IMG/VR virus record: IMGVR_UViG_3300028840_008153
Span: 35,143-99,142 of that record
Strand: one strand, 5' to 3'
DNA length: 64,000 nt
From: a virus
Lineage: Duplodnaviria > Heunggongvirae > Uroviricota > Caudoviricetes
Shown here: piece after piece, positions 1-9,571 of the stretch
Position numbering within the stretch: position 1 is the stretch's first letter
Layout of the letters: the number at the start of each line of letters is the position of its first letter
The notes under the pieces: generated by a model
What the model saw: the letters and a program-made list of their open reading frames with translations, nothing else
The model's database searches: none
What the model was told of the DNA's origin: nothing
Translations under genes and position numbers: made by a program

Positions 1-1
1 C

Positions 2-328
2 GGGAATCTTCTTCTTCTCGCAGTACGCCTTGATGGCGCGCTCGCCCTCACGCGCGTACATGTCGTGGAGCACCTGGTATTTGCCGGTGGTGTCCATGTT
101 GTAGTAGCCGCTGCCTGGGTGGCCATAAAGGCGCTCCTGCATTTCGGCCGGTACGATTTCGAGGCGCTTGTCGCAGTCCGGGTTGGACCCTTCGGTGCCC
201 ACGTGAATGACGTGATGGCCTCTGCTCTTCATCATGCGGCAGAGGTTCCACACTTTCATCGTGTAGGCGCAGGTCGTGAACTCGGTCGTGGTTTTGGTGT
301 GGGGAATTCCCATAACGAAAATGTGCAT
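2..328 (-). CDS. Partial (runs off left edge) putative GT-B/GT4-like glycosyltransferase, N-terminal 109 aa
   Basis: Not in the ORF track; translated by hand from ATG 328 (GGAGA RBS) with no stop to the edge: MHIFVMGIPHTKTTTEFTTCAYTMKVWNLCRMMKSRGHHVIHVGTEGSNPDC. First beta-strand plus the helix-GHxV strand resemble GT4 N-terminal domains. The catalytic C-domain is outside the window. Confidence 0.55.
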   Translation of the reverse strand, partial: MHIFVMGIPHTKTTTEFTTCAYTMKVWNLCRMMKSRGHHVIHVGTEGSNPDCDKRLEIVPAEMQERLYGHPGSGYYNMDTTGKYQVLHDMYAREGERAIKAYCEKKKIP

Positions 329-352
329 GTGGTTTCTCCAGAGTTCTGCACA

Positions 353-381
353 ACTATATTAGTGGGATCGATGCGTGTCAA
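353..381 (-). promoter_or_regulatory. sigma70-type promoter TTGACA-N17-TATAGT for the glycosyltransferase-like gene
   Basis: Minus strand: -35 TTGACA at 381-376, 17-nt spacer, -10 TATAGT at 358-353, in the gap upstream of ATG 328. Confidence 0.75.
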
Positions 382-385
382 GAAA

Positions 386-2089
386 CTAGCGCGCAGAAGA
401 GCTACTTCCACCAACACGAGGATGTTCCTGATAAGGATCGCAGGAGGAGCTGGAGGAGCCGATCTCATCAAAATACAGCTTAAGACACGAACGCTCAAGT
501 CCGCTCGTTCTGAAGCTCGGTGAGACCGGGGAAAGGTCATAAGCCATGCCGTCCCATGCAACTTCGAACGTCCCGTCCCCCGAAAGCTCGCCATTAAGGC
601 CGTACCAAGCGGCATACCATTCAGCTTCAGACCAATCGTTGTAGCCTGCAGGCAGGGGCGAAACCCCCGCCGGCCACACGCCATTCCAATCGTTCTCGAC
701 AAGGAAACTGAGCATTACGTCTTCGCAGGACCAGAAATACTCAGGCCCGTCCAGTGTGACCTCAACGAAGGCGCGCGTTCCTTGCGGAATGACGCTCGTG
801 GAGAACTCCCCAATCTTTGTGCTGTTTTCCCTGCCTTCCTGCCACGATTTGGCCACGGCGTACAGCGGGTAATCCCCTACCGCATAGAAGGGCGGGAAGG
901 TTACCCGACGATCAGTTACCAGGTGCGCTGCGCGAACCGCGTACGCGGGATGCCGTGCTACGATAATGTTGCCAGAGGGCGTGCCGGTCGTATTTGCATC
1001 GCCGAAAAAGGCGTTTGCGCCCTCAATAAGGTATTTGTCGTGCGAGTAAAGAATCTTGGCTACGGCAGCCGATGGGATTCCCGGCAGACAAGGAAGCTGA
1101 AAACCGACCTGCGCTCTGTAGGCGGATGCTTCATAGTTGTTTGCCGCCACGCCGGGAGACGGCGAGAGCGTTCGTACCTTTTGCCCAATGTAGCGCCCAA
1201 AGCTCCCCGGTAAATGCATTCCTTCATTACCGCCAGGCCGCCATGGGTCTCTGAGAATCCAGGGCGGAGGAGGATGCGGCGCGGGGTAGGTTCCGGCCTG
1301 ATACACAGACTTCCCGTAATTGGCGCTGTTCCACCCGTACGAGATAGAGTCCTGCTGCCAGCAGTATAGGCGCACGTGGTCTGTTGCCAGCGCCTTGCGC
1401 ATCTCGAAGTATTCCTGCTCCAAGTTCAGGTCGTCCGCTGAGGTGCCCGTCAGCACCGGGTAAGTTGGTGCCGCCCCCCGAACAGGGCGCGTAAAAGCAA
1501 AATGGGGGCGGATTCCTTCCGTTGCCTCAATCTGCCAGATCTCCTCCTTCAAGGCGTTTATTAGGCTGGCAACCACCGCACGCGCGTCGGAGCGCTCCAG
1601 CCAGTTTCCGCCCTCTGTGGAGACTTTGTAAGCCAATCCGCCTATCGCTTCCCAATCCACATGTAGCGGAGAACCGCCCCCTGCCGGCCCCAAGCCACGA
1701 CGAAAGGTGCTGCCCCCTGAAGGCAGTATCCAGCGCTCGGGCGCATACGCGTGCGAAAGCGCCTCAATCCATTCTCCGTTTGTCCGGCGTTGTTGGGGGT
1801 CATCGCCCAAAGATCCAATGGATACCCAAATCTGCAAGCGTCTGTTGATCTCAGAGATGATCTGATTAAGGCCCCAATTGTTGTTTACATCGATGACGCA
1901 GGGCCGGATAGCGGGCGGGTCGATGCCGTCAGCCGAAACGCCTTGTCTTAGGTCCTCTCCGGCCAATAGGGGGTAGCGCGGGTTCCAGCGATACCGATCA
2001 TCGCCCGCGTCCCCCACACGCGGGTTCCACGTGATGATTTCAACGCCATAAGGCCCCGAACTCGAACTTGAACTTGAACTCGAACTCAT
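386..2089 (-). CDS. Putative tail fibre/receptor-binding structural protein with poly-Ser termini
   Basis: ATG 2089 has an AGGAG RBS (track start 2128 overlaps the upstream gene). Last gene of the fibre cluster; Trp/Pro/Gly-rich; starts MSSSSSSSSSSG and ends GGSSSSAR. Confidence 0.55.
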   Translation of the reverse strand: MSSSSSSSSSSGPYGVEIITWNPRVGDAGDDRYRWNPRYPLLAGEDLRQGVSADGIDPPAIRPCVIDVNNNWGLNQIISEINRRLQIWVSIGSLGDDPQQRRTNGEWIEALSHAYAPERWILPSGGSTFRRGLGPAGGGSPLHVDWEAIGGLAYKVSTEGGNWLERSDARAVVASLINALKEEIWQIEATEGIRPHFAFTRPVRGAAPTYPVLTGTSADDLNLEQEYFEMRKALATDHVRLYCWQQDSISYGWNSANYGKSVYQAGTYPAPHPPPPWILRDPWRPGGNEGMHLPGSFGRYIGQKVRTLSPSPGVAANNYEASAYRAQVGFQLPCLPGIPSAAVAKILYSHDKYLIEGANAFFGDANTTGTPSGNIIVARHPAYAVRAAHLVTDRRVTFPPFYAVGDYPLYAVAKSWQEGRENSTKIGEFSTSVIPQGTRAFVEVTLDGPEYFWSCEDVMLSFLVENDWNGVWPAGVSPLPAGYNDWSEAEWYAAWYGLNGELSGDGTFEVAWDGMAYDLSPVSPSFRTSGLERSCLKLYFDEIGSSSSSCDPYQEHPRVGGSSSSAR

Positions 2090-2097
2090 TTTGGCTC

Positions 2098-3921
2098 CTA
2101 CAGAACGAAGGTACCCATGCCGTTCCAAGTGGTCAGGTCGCTCTCGACCATCCAGAACGTGCGCCCGTTTATGGTTCCGTTCAGGACGGCAGCAAGGATT
2201 TGGGCGCCCGCCGGAGCGAGCTTCGTCCAGGCTCCCGGCTTCACCTCATAGATGCCATTCTCGCTGGCCGTCGACTGTTCCTTGACCAAAACGATGTCCC
2301 CGTTGGTGCAGCTGATGCCGTCGAGCGTGCGCGCGCCAGACAAGGTCGTGTTGGTCGTGGAGGCGGCCTTTACCGTATAAAACGCCTGCGCTCCCGTGAT
2401 CTGCACGAAGGTGAGATTCGTCGAGCCCACCGTGATGGGCTCGGAAGTCGTGAGAACCCAGACCGTTCCCGACAATGTCCCGCCTGAGCGCACGGAAACC
2501 AACATGCCCTCCACGATCCCCCATTCGGCCTCAGCTCTCTCCCAGCTACCAGAGCGCATGACGTAGATGCCGTTCTCGGAGGCCGATGATTGCCCGGTCA
2601 ACAAGATCCTGTCGCCGTCAGAGCCCGCAACACCGTCGATCGTTTGCAGCCCGCTAAGAGTGACATTGGACCCGCTGGACAGTCTGACCGTGGCGTTTCC
2701 AGGCGCTCTGAGCTTCTCGAACGACAGGTTCGTTGTGTCCACAACGATTGGGTCATTTGTCTTGAGCACCCACGTCGTCAGTTCGTTTGCCTGGCCCTCC
2801 CGAACGGACACGGTCATGCCTGACGCGATTTCACAGGTTCGCTCCCACGCCCCGCTCTTGACGAAGTAAGGCCCATTCTCGGAGGCCGTGGCCTGATTCT
2901 TGACCAGACAGATCTCATCGGCCGACAGCGAGATGCCGTCGATCGTTTGTGTGCCGCTGAGCGTAATGTCGTCCGTCGTAGCCGCGCGCGCGTAGCAGCA
3001 GCACGCCGCCCCGCTGATCAGCTCGAAATCCAGAGGCGTGGTGTTGACGATGATCGGGTCGTTGGTGGTCAGCATCCACGCCGTTGCGCCGTTCTCGTCG
3101 CCTTCCCGCACCGTGACGATGATCCCGCCTCGCATCTCACAGGTCCGCTCCCAGAAGCCCGAACGCATGATGTAGGCCCCATTGGTGCGCGGTACGGTCT
3201 GATCCTTGAGCAGAACAACATCGCCATCAGCGCCTGCCACGCCGTCGATGGTTTGAATGCCGTTGCGCGCGAGGTTTCCCGTTGACGCCATTCGGGCCTG
3301 ACAGACGTCGTCCTCGCCAAACTCGGGCAACCGCAGATCCAGCGTGAAGTCCGTAACACAAACGCCCGAACCGGTGGAACTTGTTACATTCCATTCAGGA
3401 TCGACGAGTGACGGAACGATGGAGACCAGCGCACTCACGTTGACCGTGTTGCAGGGCAGCCGGAACTCAAAGTCAAAGATCGAGGCACACGGTGAATTGG
3501 GGTCCCGTCCGCCGGAGACAGACATCTCGGGCGTCGAGATGTTCTGGCTCATCGACACCTGGCCGCCCAGTGAGATGGCCGCACAGGGCGGGATGTTCAC
3601 CTTGAAATCGAAGACCGGCTGGCAGACGCCCGTCTCTGAGGAGCTTGGGTAGCGAATGAAGGCTTCGAAGTATGGGTCGATCGAACTGGACGAGATCGGG
3701 CTGCCGCTGGAGTCCGCGTTCAGGCTCGTCTGCGCCGAGATGCCATAGCACCCAAACGTCGAAGCCGGCGGGTTGGGCATGGGTAATTCAAACGCCGGGA
3801 ATTGGTAGGCGGGCGGCGGCGGATCGCTGACCTCCTGCGAAATGTTGACCAGCTCCCCCTCGATCGCAGAGATATCGGGGATATCCGGGCACTCTGGTCT
3901 TGGCGGAAACGCCCTTGCCAC
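2098..3921 (-). CDS. Tail fibre/virion protein with four ~102-aa xTxDG repeats
   Basis: GTG start with GAGG RBS. Four copies of A-T-T-x-N-I-T-L-S-G-x-Q-T-I-D-G...NG-x-Y...G-x-W (cores at 3241-3255, 2935-2949, 2632-2646, 2317-2331), a module common in phage fibre/decoration proteins. Confidence 0.7.
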   Translation of the reverse strand: MARAFPPRPECPDIPDISAIEGELVNISQEVSDPPPPAYQFPAFELPMPNPPASTFGCYGISAQTSLNADSSGSPISSSSIDPYFEAFIRYPSSSETGVCQPVFDFKVNIPPCAAISLGGQVSMSQNISTPEMSVSGGRDPNSPCASIFDFEFRLPCNTVNVSALVSIVPSLVDPEWNVTSSTGSGVCVTDFTLDLRLPEFGEDDVCQARMASTGNLARNGIQTIDGVAGADGDVVLLKDQTVPRTNGAYIMRSGFWERTCEMRGGIIVTVREGDENGATAWMLTTNDPIIVNTTPLDFELISGAACCCYARAATTDDITLSGTQTIDGISLSADEICLVKNQATASENGPYFVKSGAWERTCEIASGMTVSVREGQANELTTWVLKTNDPIVVDTTNLSFEKLRAPGNATVRLSSGSNVTLSGLQTIDGVAGSDGDRILLTGQSSASENGIYVMRSGSWERAEAEWGIVEGMLVSVRSGGTLSGTVWVLTTSEPITVGSTNLTFVQITGAQAFYTVKAASTTNTTLSGARTLDGISCTNGDIVLVKEQSTASENGIYEVKPGAWTKLAPAGAQILAAVLNGTINGRTFWMVESDLTTWNGMGTFVL

Positions 3922-3929
3922 AGTTCACC

Positions 3930-4838
3930 TCATGCTGATGAAGACGACGACGAAGCCTGCTCCAGACAGTGGCGGTTCGTTTCCAAGGTCACCGTGACCC
4001 GGTTGTTGGCCGGGTCGTTTTCCACGGTTACGCCCGGGCCACCCACCACGAGCAGCTTGCCGTCTGCGATCTCCCGTCCGTTGACCGACCGTATGTAGTC
4101 ATCACAGGGCGTACACTCCTCGTCGATGTGCATGCCACCCTCGTCAATGATGATGTCCTCACAGGTCCGGCCGGCTCCAGCGCCAAGTACGGCCCCCATC
4201 TCGATGGTGTCGCCGTCGACCAGTATACGCGTGTTGTACCCCTCTTTGAATTCCAAGATGCCCGAAAGGTTCTGGATCACGGCGAATGTGGTTGGCGCCG
4301 AGGGGGACGGCGGGTCCTCGTCGCAAATGGGCGGACAGCGCCGCGCCTGATTGGCAACGTTGAAGGAGCGCGTGAAGGTGTTCACCAGCGACTGCAGAAG
4401 GGCGGGCTCGACAGCCGGCGGGTCGGAAAGCTGGTGTACGCCGCCGCCGAGAGCCACCAATTCGGACAGATCCCCGATAACCAGAAAGCCACTACCGCGC
4501 CCGCTGTCTGCGCTTCCCGACGGCACCGGCGTGGCGTCCACCTCAATAATGCAGCCACTCTCGGCGCTTATGGGCGTCTCGAAGAGCCACCGATACCCTG
4601 ATAGCCCCGGCGCGTCGGATCGAAAGTCGAAGAACAGGGTGGACCCGGAGCGTGTCACGGAGTACAGCGTCACGTTATGGGTTGCTGGTACAAACTGGCT
4701 GTCCAGGCCCAACATGAAGCCGGCATCCACCATCCCACGCTTGGGCAGCACGCCGCCGCCCGACAGGGACAGATCCCCATCCGTCACCAGCGGATAGGCA
4801 ATGTTGTCATTATGGTCGTAGAAGCCGTACTCAGGCAT
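3930..4838 (-). CDS. Baseplate/fibre-attachment protein, paralog family member 5
   Basis: N-terminal FYDHNDNIAYP motif; IRSVNG fibre-like motif; C-terminal Ser6. Confidence 0.55.
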   Translation of the reverse strand: MPEYGFYDHNDNIAYPLVTDGDLSLSGGGVLPKRGMVDAGFMLGLDSQFVPATHNVTLYSVTRSGSTLFFDFRSDAPGLSGYRWLFETPISAESGCIIEVDATPVPSGSADSGRGSGFLVIGDLSELVALGGGVHQLSDPPAVEPALLQSLVNTFTRSFNVANQARRCPPICDEDPPSPSAPTTFAVIQNLSGILEFKEGYNTRILVDGDTIEMGAVLGAGAGRTCEDIIIDEGGMHIDEECTPCDDYIRSVNGREIADGKLLVVGGPGVTVENDPANNRVTVTLETNRHCLEQASSSSSSA

Positions 4839-5607
4839 CCTGGTCTATACCGCCTTTCATCCCGACCATCTCAACGCGGACCCCGTTCGTAATCGGAACA
4901 ACCCGCACCACGGGGTCCTCTGCAAGGTTGCCGCCCGTTCTGAGCGTGAAATCACCTATGTCGTTCGGTGTGATCTGGTTGATGCTCTTCAGGCCGCAGA
5001 ACTGCGGCAGGGGCGATCCTTCCTCTTCGCAATCCTTTTCCTGTACGTATGGGTCGCCAATCACGTCCATCCGTATGGCGCCATCCTCCATGCGAAGCAC
5101 CACGCCGTCCTCGCCGACCAACCAGATGTCGCCACTAACAATGTTGCCGTCATCCAGCAGCAGGCCACGCACGCCCGGATCAGGCAGCGGTATGGCCACG
5201 GAGGCAACAAACTCCGTCTGCTCCTGCTCGAACTCCACACTGCCTTCACCGTAAATCCCGTTGAGCGCGCCAAGACGGTTGGCGTCGCTGACAAGGATTC
5301 CCGCCGGGCGGCTGTACGCGTCGTAGAGCGCCACCTCCGAAGGCGGCGAGCCAAAGTCGAAGGCTCCGGTGGCCACCTCCCCGAGCGACGGGTCGTAGAT
5401 GTGAAAGGTCAGCTCCGTCCCCTCCACGCTGATCTTTCCCAAATAGAGGCCGCCCGTCCCCCCGATCGGGTAGATGCGCGCGTCGTCAAACAGGTCTTGG
5501 TCCACGGCGGCACCACTGCTGTTGACCAACGTGGCGTAATCAGCGAAGGGGTAATTGACCCTTTCGTTGTTGTTGCGCCATTCGGTGTTAAGCAGCGGAC
5601 CAGACAT
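4831..5607 (-). CDS. Baseplate/fibre-attachment protein, paralog family member 4
   Basis: WRNNNERVNYP and LKSINQITPNDIGDFTL motifs shared with neighbours. Confidence 0.55.
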   Translation of the reverse strand: MSGPLLNTEWRNNNERVNYPFADYATLVNSSGAAVDQDLFDDARIYPIGGTGGLYLGKISVEGTELTFHIYDPSLGEVATGAFDFGSPPSEVALYDAYSRPAGILVSDANRLGALNGIYGEGSVEFEQEQTEFVASVAIPLPDPGVRGLLLDDGNIVSGDIWLVGEDGVVLRMEDGAIRMDVIGDPYVQEKDCEEEGSPLPQFCGLKSINQITPNDIGDFTLRTGGNLAEDPVVRVVPITNGVRVEMVGMKGGIDQDA

Positions 5608-5624
5608 TTCGGAATCGATTCCTA

Positions 5625-7226
5625 TTATGGGCCCGAAGACGAAGACGAAGACGAGCTGGACGGGAACAACGGACAGTTGATCCCGAAGTCGTCGAACTCC
5701 GTCTCTGATCCTACAACTCCAAGTCCTGCAAAGCCATCTGGTATGGTCGTAGCGTGTACGAAAACGTCACTGACCGATCCGCCGTCCCACTCAACCAGAA
5801 GCTCAGTGAAGTAAAATCCGCCAACCTTGAAAGGGCGGACCGTGAACTCGTAATCCGTGATTTCAAGGGCGACGCCCGGATCGTAGCTGATGTCAAAGAC
5901 GTAGCCCAGCCCCAGGCCGCTTGGCCACGCCCCGCCTCCCGCAGTCTTTCTCCCGATGAAGATCCTCCCGTTCGGGTACGCCGACGAGGGGCGCAGCGTC
6001 ACGCCTGCGAAGTAAAAGGCGTCCTCGTTCTGGAAGCCGTAAATCACGTGCCCCTCGCCCAACGAGGCCGAAAGAGGCCGTACTATGAGATTGAATGTGG
6101 GCGCATCGTCCACGAGCAGGCTTCGGAAGCGGTCAATCGAGAACTGGTCGAACAGGTCTCCGGCGTTGCTCAGATACCGCTTGGTTCTGTCTGTGTCCTC
6201 AATGGAGAAGGCTCCCTTCTCCACGGTCAGCTCCTCAGCCTGCCCATCCTCAAAGTCCTCACAGTAATAATCCGGCAGGCCAGAAGCCGACGAGGTGGAC
6301 GACGAGGAGAGCGACGACGAAGAGCTGGGTGTGGGCGAGGCGCTCGACGAGGACTCCGGGCCGAAGATGTCTCTGGGGACGTGAGGGAAATTGAGCGTGT
6401 CGCACACCTCGGAGAGCGAAGTGTTGTGATCAACAACCATTCCATCACCAATGTCGCCGACCACGGCGTTCTCGATGACCAGCTCGATGTCGCCGTCAGA
6501 GTCAGGGAACACGTCGTTGACCTGCGTGATCACGCGTTTCTTGCAGGTGCCCACATGCGGGCGCCCACCACAAGCGCCGGCAAAAGACTGGAGTTGCTCA
6601 ACGCCTTGTGTGGCCCGGTCAAGCGCAATGACGGCTACTTCCCTTTCCACCCCGTCGATGGTGCGCGTAGCCTTGTACGTCTTGGTCACTCCGGCCAGTC
6701 CCCGTAAAACTATCAGGCCCGTCACTCCGGGCATGCCCTCCTTGCTCAACGAGTCCACACCCGCGTCCTCGTACGCGCGCACGGAGCGCGGGCCCAGCTG
6801 AGAGGCTTCGGGACCGTCGAAGCGTTGAAAGAGTTCATCCGTTTCAAGCGCTCCACCACCCAAAGCAACCCATCCGCCCACGCCGGGATAGAGCGCCTCG
6901 ATGGCGTAGTTCTTGAAACGGGTGATCGGCCGCGTGATGTTCAGCACTGCCAGCGGCGTGAAGCTCGCTCCCGATGAAGACGAAGGATTCGGGCAGAACG
7001 GCGAGAACTCGGAAGCCAGCAGCGTCAGTGAAAACAGTCCCGCAGTCCGGCCCACAGAGGAGACATAGACATAGCGCCCCGCCGAACGCGGCACCCAGAT
7101 ACTGGCATCCACGATCAGATCGTTGGGCAACAAGCTCCCGTCCTTGGCCTGGCGAGAGGCTGAATCATGGACGGGGTAGCTGCGTGACTCGTTTCCATTG
7201 AGCCACTCGGTAAAAACGATCGCCAT
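5625..7226 (-). CDS. Baseplate/fibre protein, paralog member 3, with C-terminal beta-sandwich-like domain
   Basis: WLNGNESRSYP and ITQVNDVFPDSDGDIEL motifs; Ser-rich linker followed by a beta-strand-rich domain; ends SSSSSSSSSGP. Confidence 0.55.
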   Translation of the reverse strand: MAIVFTEWLNGNESRSYPVHDSASRQAKDGSLLPNDLIVDASIWVPRSAGRYVYVSSVGRTAGLFSLTLLASEFSPFCPNPSSSSGASFTPLAVLNITRPITRFKNYAIEALYPGVGGWVALGGGALETDELFQRFDGPEASQLGPRSVRAYEDAGVDSLSKEGMPGVTGLIVLRGLAGVTKTYKATRTIDGVEREVAVIALDRATQGVEQLQSFAGACGGRPHVGTCKKRVITQVNDVFPDSDGDIELVIENAVVGDIGDGMVVDHNTSLSEVCDTLNFPHVPRDIFGPESSSSASPTPSSSSSLSSSSTSSASGLPDYYCEDFEDGQAEELTVEKGAFSIEDTDRTKRYLSNAGDLFDQFSIDRFRSLLVDDAPTFNLIVRPLSASLGEGHVIYGFQNEDAFYFAGVTLRPSSAYPNGRIFIGRKTAGGGAWPSGLGLGYVFDISYDPGVALEITDYEFTVRPFKVGGFYFTELLVEWDGGSVSDVFVHATTIPDGFAGLGVVGSETEFDDFGINCPLFPSSSSSSSSSGP

Positions 7227-8633
7227 CTATGCCTTTCTCAGTGGGGGCACCAGGCCCGAAGACTGCACATCCGTGTCCGTGAGTGCTCCTGCCGTCATCG
7301 TTCCTTCCAGCCGGATCACCTTGTTGCGGCGATTTGGCACGCTGGCGCCGAAGCGAACCATGAATATGGCCGTGGCGTACTGGGCCCGCTTCAACGGGAA
7401 GAACGTGTACGAATACTTGTTGCCGTCAATAGAAGGGTCCAACTGCTGCATGCGAAGGGTTTCCATGTCGATGTGGCCGGACTTCTCCACGTAAACCCCG
7501 CCGTCCTCCGAAAATTCGACCTCCACGTCGATCGGGTCGGTCATGTCCTCGCCGGTGTTGTTGTAAACCAGGACCATGACGCTGATGCTGAAATCGGCTC
7601 CAGCCAGCGGACGCAGCTTCAAGTGGATGCCGTCCTCTTTGGCGTCCCGAATGAGATTCCACAGCTGAACCAGCGCGTTGTACTCGTTCCGCAGCCTCTC
7701 GATTGTACTAGCGAGAGCGACGGCCTGCTCCCAGAGACGCTTCAACTCGTTGTACACCCGCCCGTAGTCAGCGCAGGCGCAGCATTCCGTACAGTTGCCG
7801 TGGACCTGCATCAGGTTGTCGATGACCGTTGTCAGGTAGTCCGTGTTCGGGTGGATGGGCGGCTGCGTCGCTCCCGGCGTCAGACGCCGCTCGGTCCACG
7901 TGCAATCCTCCCCGTCAAAGGAGAAATCACCGTTGTCGTCCACGCCCACGCCGGCAATCCGCCGAATGGCGGATTCAAGTGAGCCGCAGGTCTGAAAGGC
8001 CCCGGTGCCCTCCCCGCCAACGGCGTCGAAGACGATGCGTTTGGGCGCGCGAACCTCTGTCCCCTCATCCAGCGAGAAGCCGATGTCCGTGTCCTCAGAA
8101 AGCGTCATGGCGATGTTGTTGCCCGCTTCGAGCACGATGGCCTTGTCGGTGATCCCGCCGCCCGTGCAGCACGGCAGCCCCGGAAGGGCCGTGGCGAAGC
8201 GTCGCACCCTGCTGACACGGGGATTCACCAGAGAGGACAGCAGGTAGGAGGTAGTGGAGAGATGTGGAAAGCTGAACTGCGCCAACTTCTCGGTGTGTAC
8301 GGTGAGACGAAAGATGATATCCTCACCCGTGAATCCCGCCCCGATTGTAGTCGACCTTCTCCATTCGTATATGGTGTAACTTCCAAAAACGGACGAAGAA
8401 AAGTTGTCTGCACCTGTGAGTGAGGCCAAAAGGGTATCATCGTCGAAGCGAAGCTCGGCAGTGCCAGCCGGATCGAACGAAGCCAGCCGCACGCGCGCGT
8501 CCTTGTCCCTGTCCTTGGTGTGAATGAGGTAGGCGTCGACAAACAGCTCATGCAGGCCATCCGACTGCCGCTCGCTGAACGGGTAGTCGATATGGGTGTT
8601 CGAAGTCAGCCATTCAAAAACGGCTCCGCTCAT
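7227..8633 (-). CDS. Baseplate/fibre protein, paralog member 2, with coiled coil
   Basis: Likely start ATG 8633 (ATGA overlap with the upstream stop; track start 8849 is too long). WLTSNTHIDYP, IRRIAGVGVDDNGDFSF and CTECCAC motifs, then heptad helix. Confidence 0.55.
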   Translation of the reverse strand: MSGAVFEWLTSNTHIDYPFSERQSDGLHELFVDAYLIHTKDRDKDARVRLASFDPAGTAELRFDDDTLLASLTGADNFSSSVFGSYTIYEWRRSTTIGAGFTGEDIIFRLTVHTEKLAQFSFPHLSTTSYLLSSLVNPRVSRVRRFATALPGLPCCTGGGITDKAIVLEAGNNIAMTLSEDTDIGFSLDEGTEVRAPKRIVFDAVGGEGTGAFQTCGSLESAIRRIAGVGVDDNGDFSFDGEDCTWTERRLTPGATQPPIHPNTDYLTTVIDNLMQVHGNCTECCACADYGRVYNELKRLWEQAVALASTIERLRNEYNALVQLWNLIRDAKEDGIHLKLRPLAGADFSISVMVLVYNNTGEDMTDPIDVEVEFSEDGGVYVEKSGHIDMETLRMQQLDPSIDGNKYSYTFFPLKRAQYATAIFMVRFGASVPNRRNKVIRLEGTMTAGALTDTDVQSSGLVPPLRKA

Positions 8634-9562
8634 GGCAGTGTCGTACCCATTTTGGAGGCGTTGATCTGCGTTTCCAGCGCGTTCACCTTGGCGTCGATCC
8701 GACCCGCCAGGGTCCTCAGCGAATTGATCTGGTCCTGAACCATGGCCGTCGTGTCCAAAATCACCTGAAGCTCGTCGCAGCCGCAGCAGGGCTTGGAGCA
8801 CTCGTCCCGAACCTGAAGGCCGTTGGCGATGGCGTCCAGTTTGATGCAATCGTCCTCAAGCAGCTCGAAGTCGCCGTTGGAGTCCGGGCCGATCCCCCCG
8901 ATGGTCTTGATACACGGGCGCGACGCCGCTTCTCCGCACTCGCAGTCCTCGTTGAGCCCCGCGCCCTCAATGGCGCTGAGCACGATCCGGTCCGGCTCGT
9001 CGACGGCCCCTGCCACGAAGTTGATCAGGAAGTTCCGGCCGGCCTGCAGGACCACGTCGCCCTGGACGGCCTCGGAGGTCTCGTCGCCGTTGCGCACGTA
9101 AATGGCATTGACGCCCCGAAGATCCGGTTTGATGGTGGTCGGCTCCAGACGGGCATTCGCCACATCGAACTGGAACGAACCCGCCGAGTTGAGGATCGTA
9201 TCGAGTTTCCCGATGACGATCTTGCCGACCGTATCGTAGAACTGGCCCGTTCCGATGATCTGATAAGCCGAGTTGGTCGTGAAGGACGCGGCGTCAATGG
9301 AGACGGAACCGATGGTGTCGCCGTTGTAGCCGAGCGCGATGGTCACGCCCGCGCCGAAGATGCCAATGGCCTTGATGTGGAACAGCGACTGATCGACCGT
9401 GTCGTCAATGTGGACCGGCCAGATCAGATCCACGATCAGATCATTGGGGATCTCGAAGGAGCCGGTTTCGTCCTTTAGGCCGGCCTCCTCGAAGATGGGG
9501 TATTTCCGTTGGCTGTTGGCATTCAGCCAATCGATGTTCCAAAGCGGGCCTGCGGGAGGCAT
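8630..9562 (-). CDS. Baseplate/fibre protein, paralog member 1, with coiled coil
   Basis: WLNANSQRKYP, IKTIGGIGPDSNGDFEL and CSKPCCGC motifs, then heptad helix. Confidence 0.55.
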   Translation of the reverse strand: MPPAGPLWNIDWLNANSQRKYPIFEEAGLKDETGSFEIPNDLIVDLIWPVHIDDTVDQSLFHIKAIGIFGAGVTIALGYNGDTIGSVSIDAASFTTNSAYQIIGTGQFYDTVGKIVIGKLDTILNSAGSFQFDVANARLEPTTIKPDLRGVNAIYVRNGDETSEAVQGDVVLQAGRNFLINFVAGAVDEPDRIVLSAIEGAGLNEDCECGEAASRPCIKTIGGIGPDSNGDFELLEDDCIKLDAIANGLQVRDECSKPCCGCDELQVILDTTAMVQDQINSLRTLAGRIDAKVNALETQINASKMGTTLP

Positions 9563-9571
9563 GCTCCCTCC

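Noticed and set aside
2057-2086. Poly-Ser tracts as contingency microsatellites or a diversity-generating system
   Set aside because: Only this tract has a regular (AGTTCR)n form; the others use mixed codons, and no reverse transcriptase or template/variable repeat pair was seen.
7227-8849. Track starts 8849, 2128, 24158, 25085, 37094, 41289 and 61291
   Set aside because: They overlap upstream genes; downstream starts with clear RBS or stop-start coupling were used instead.
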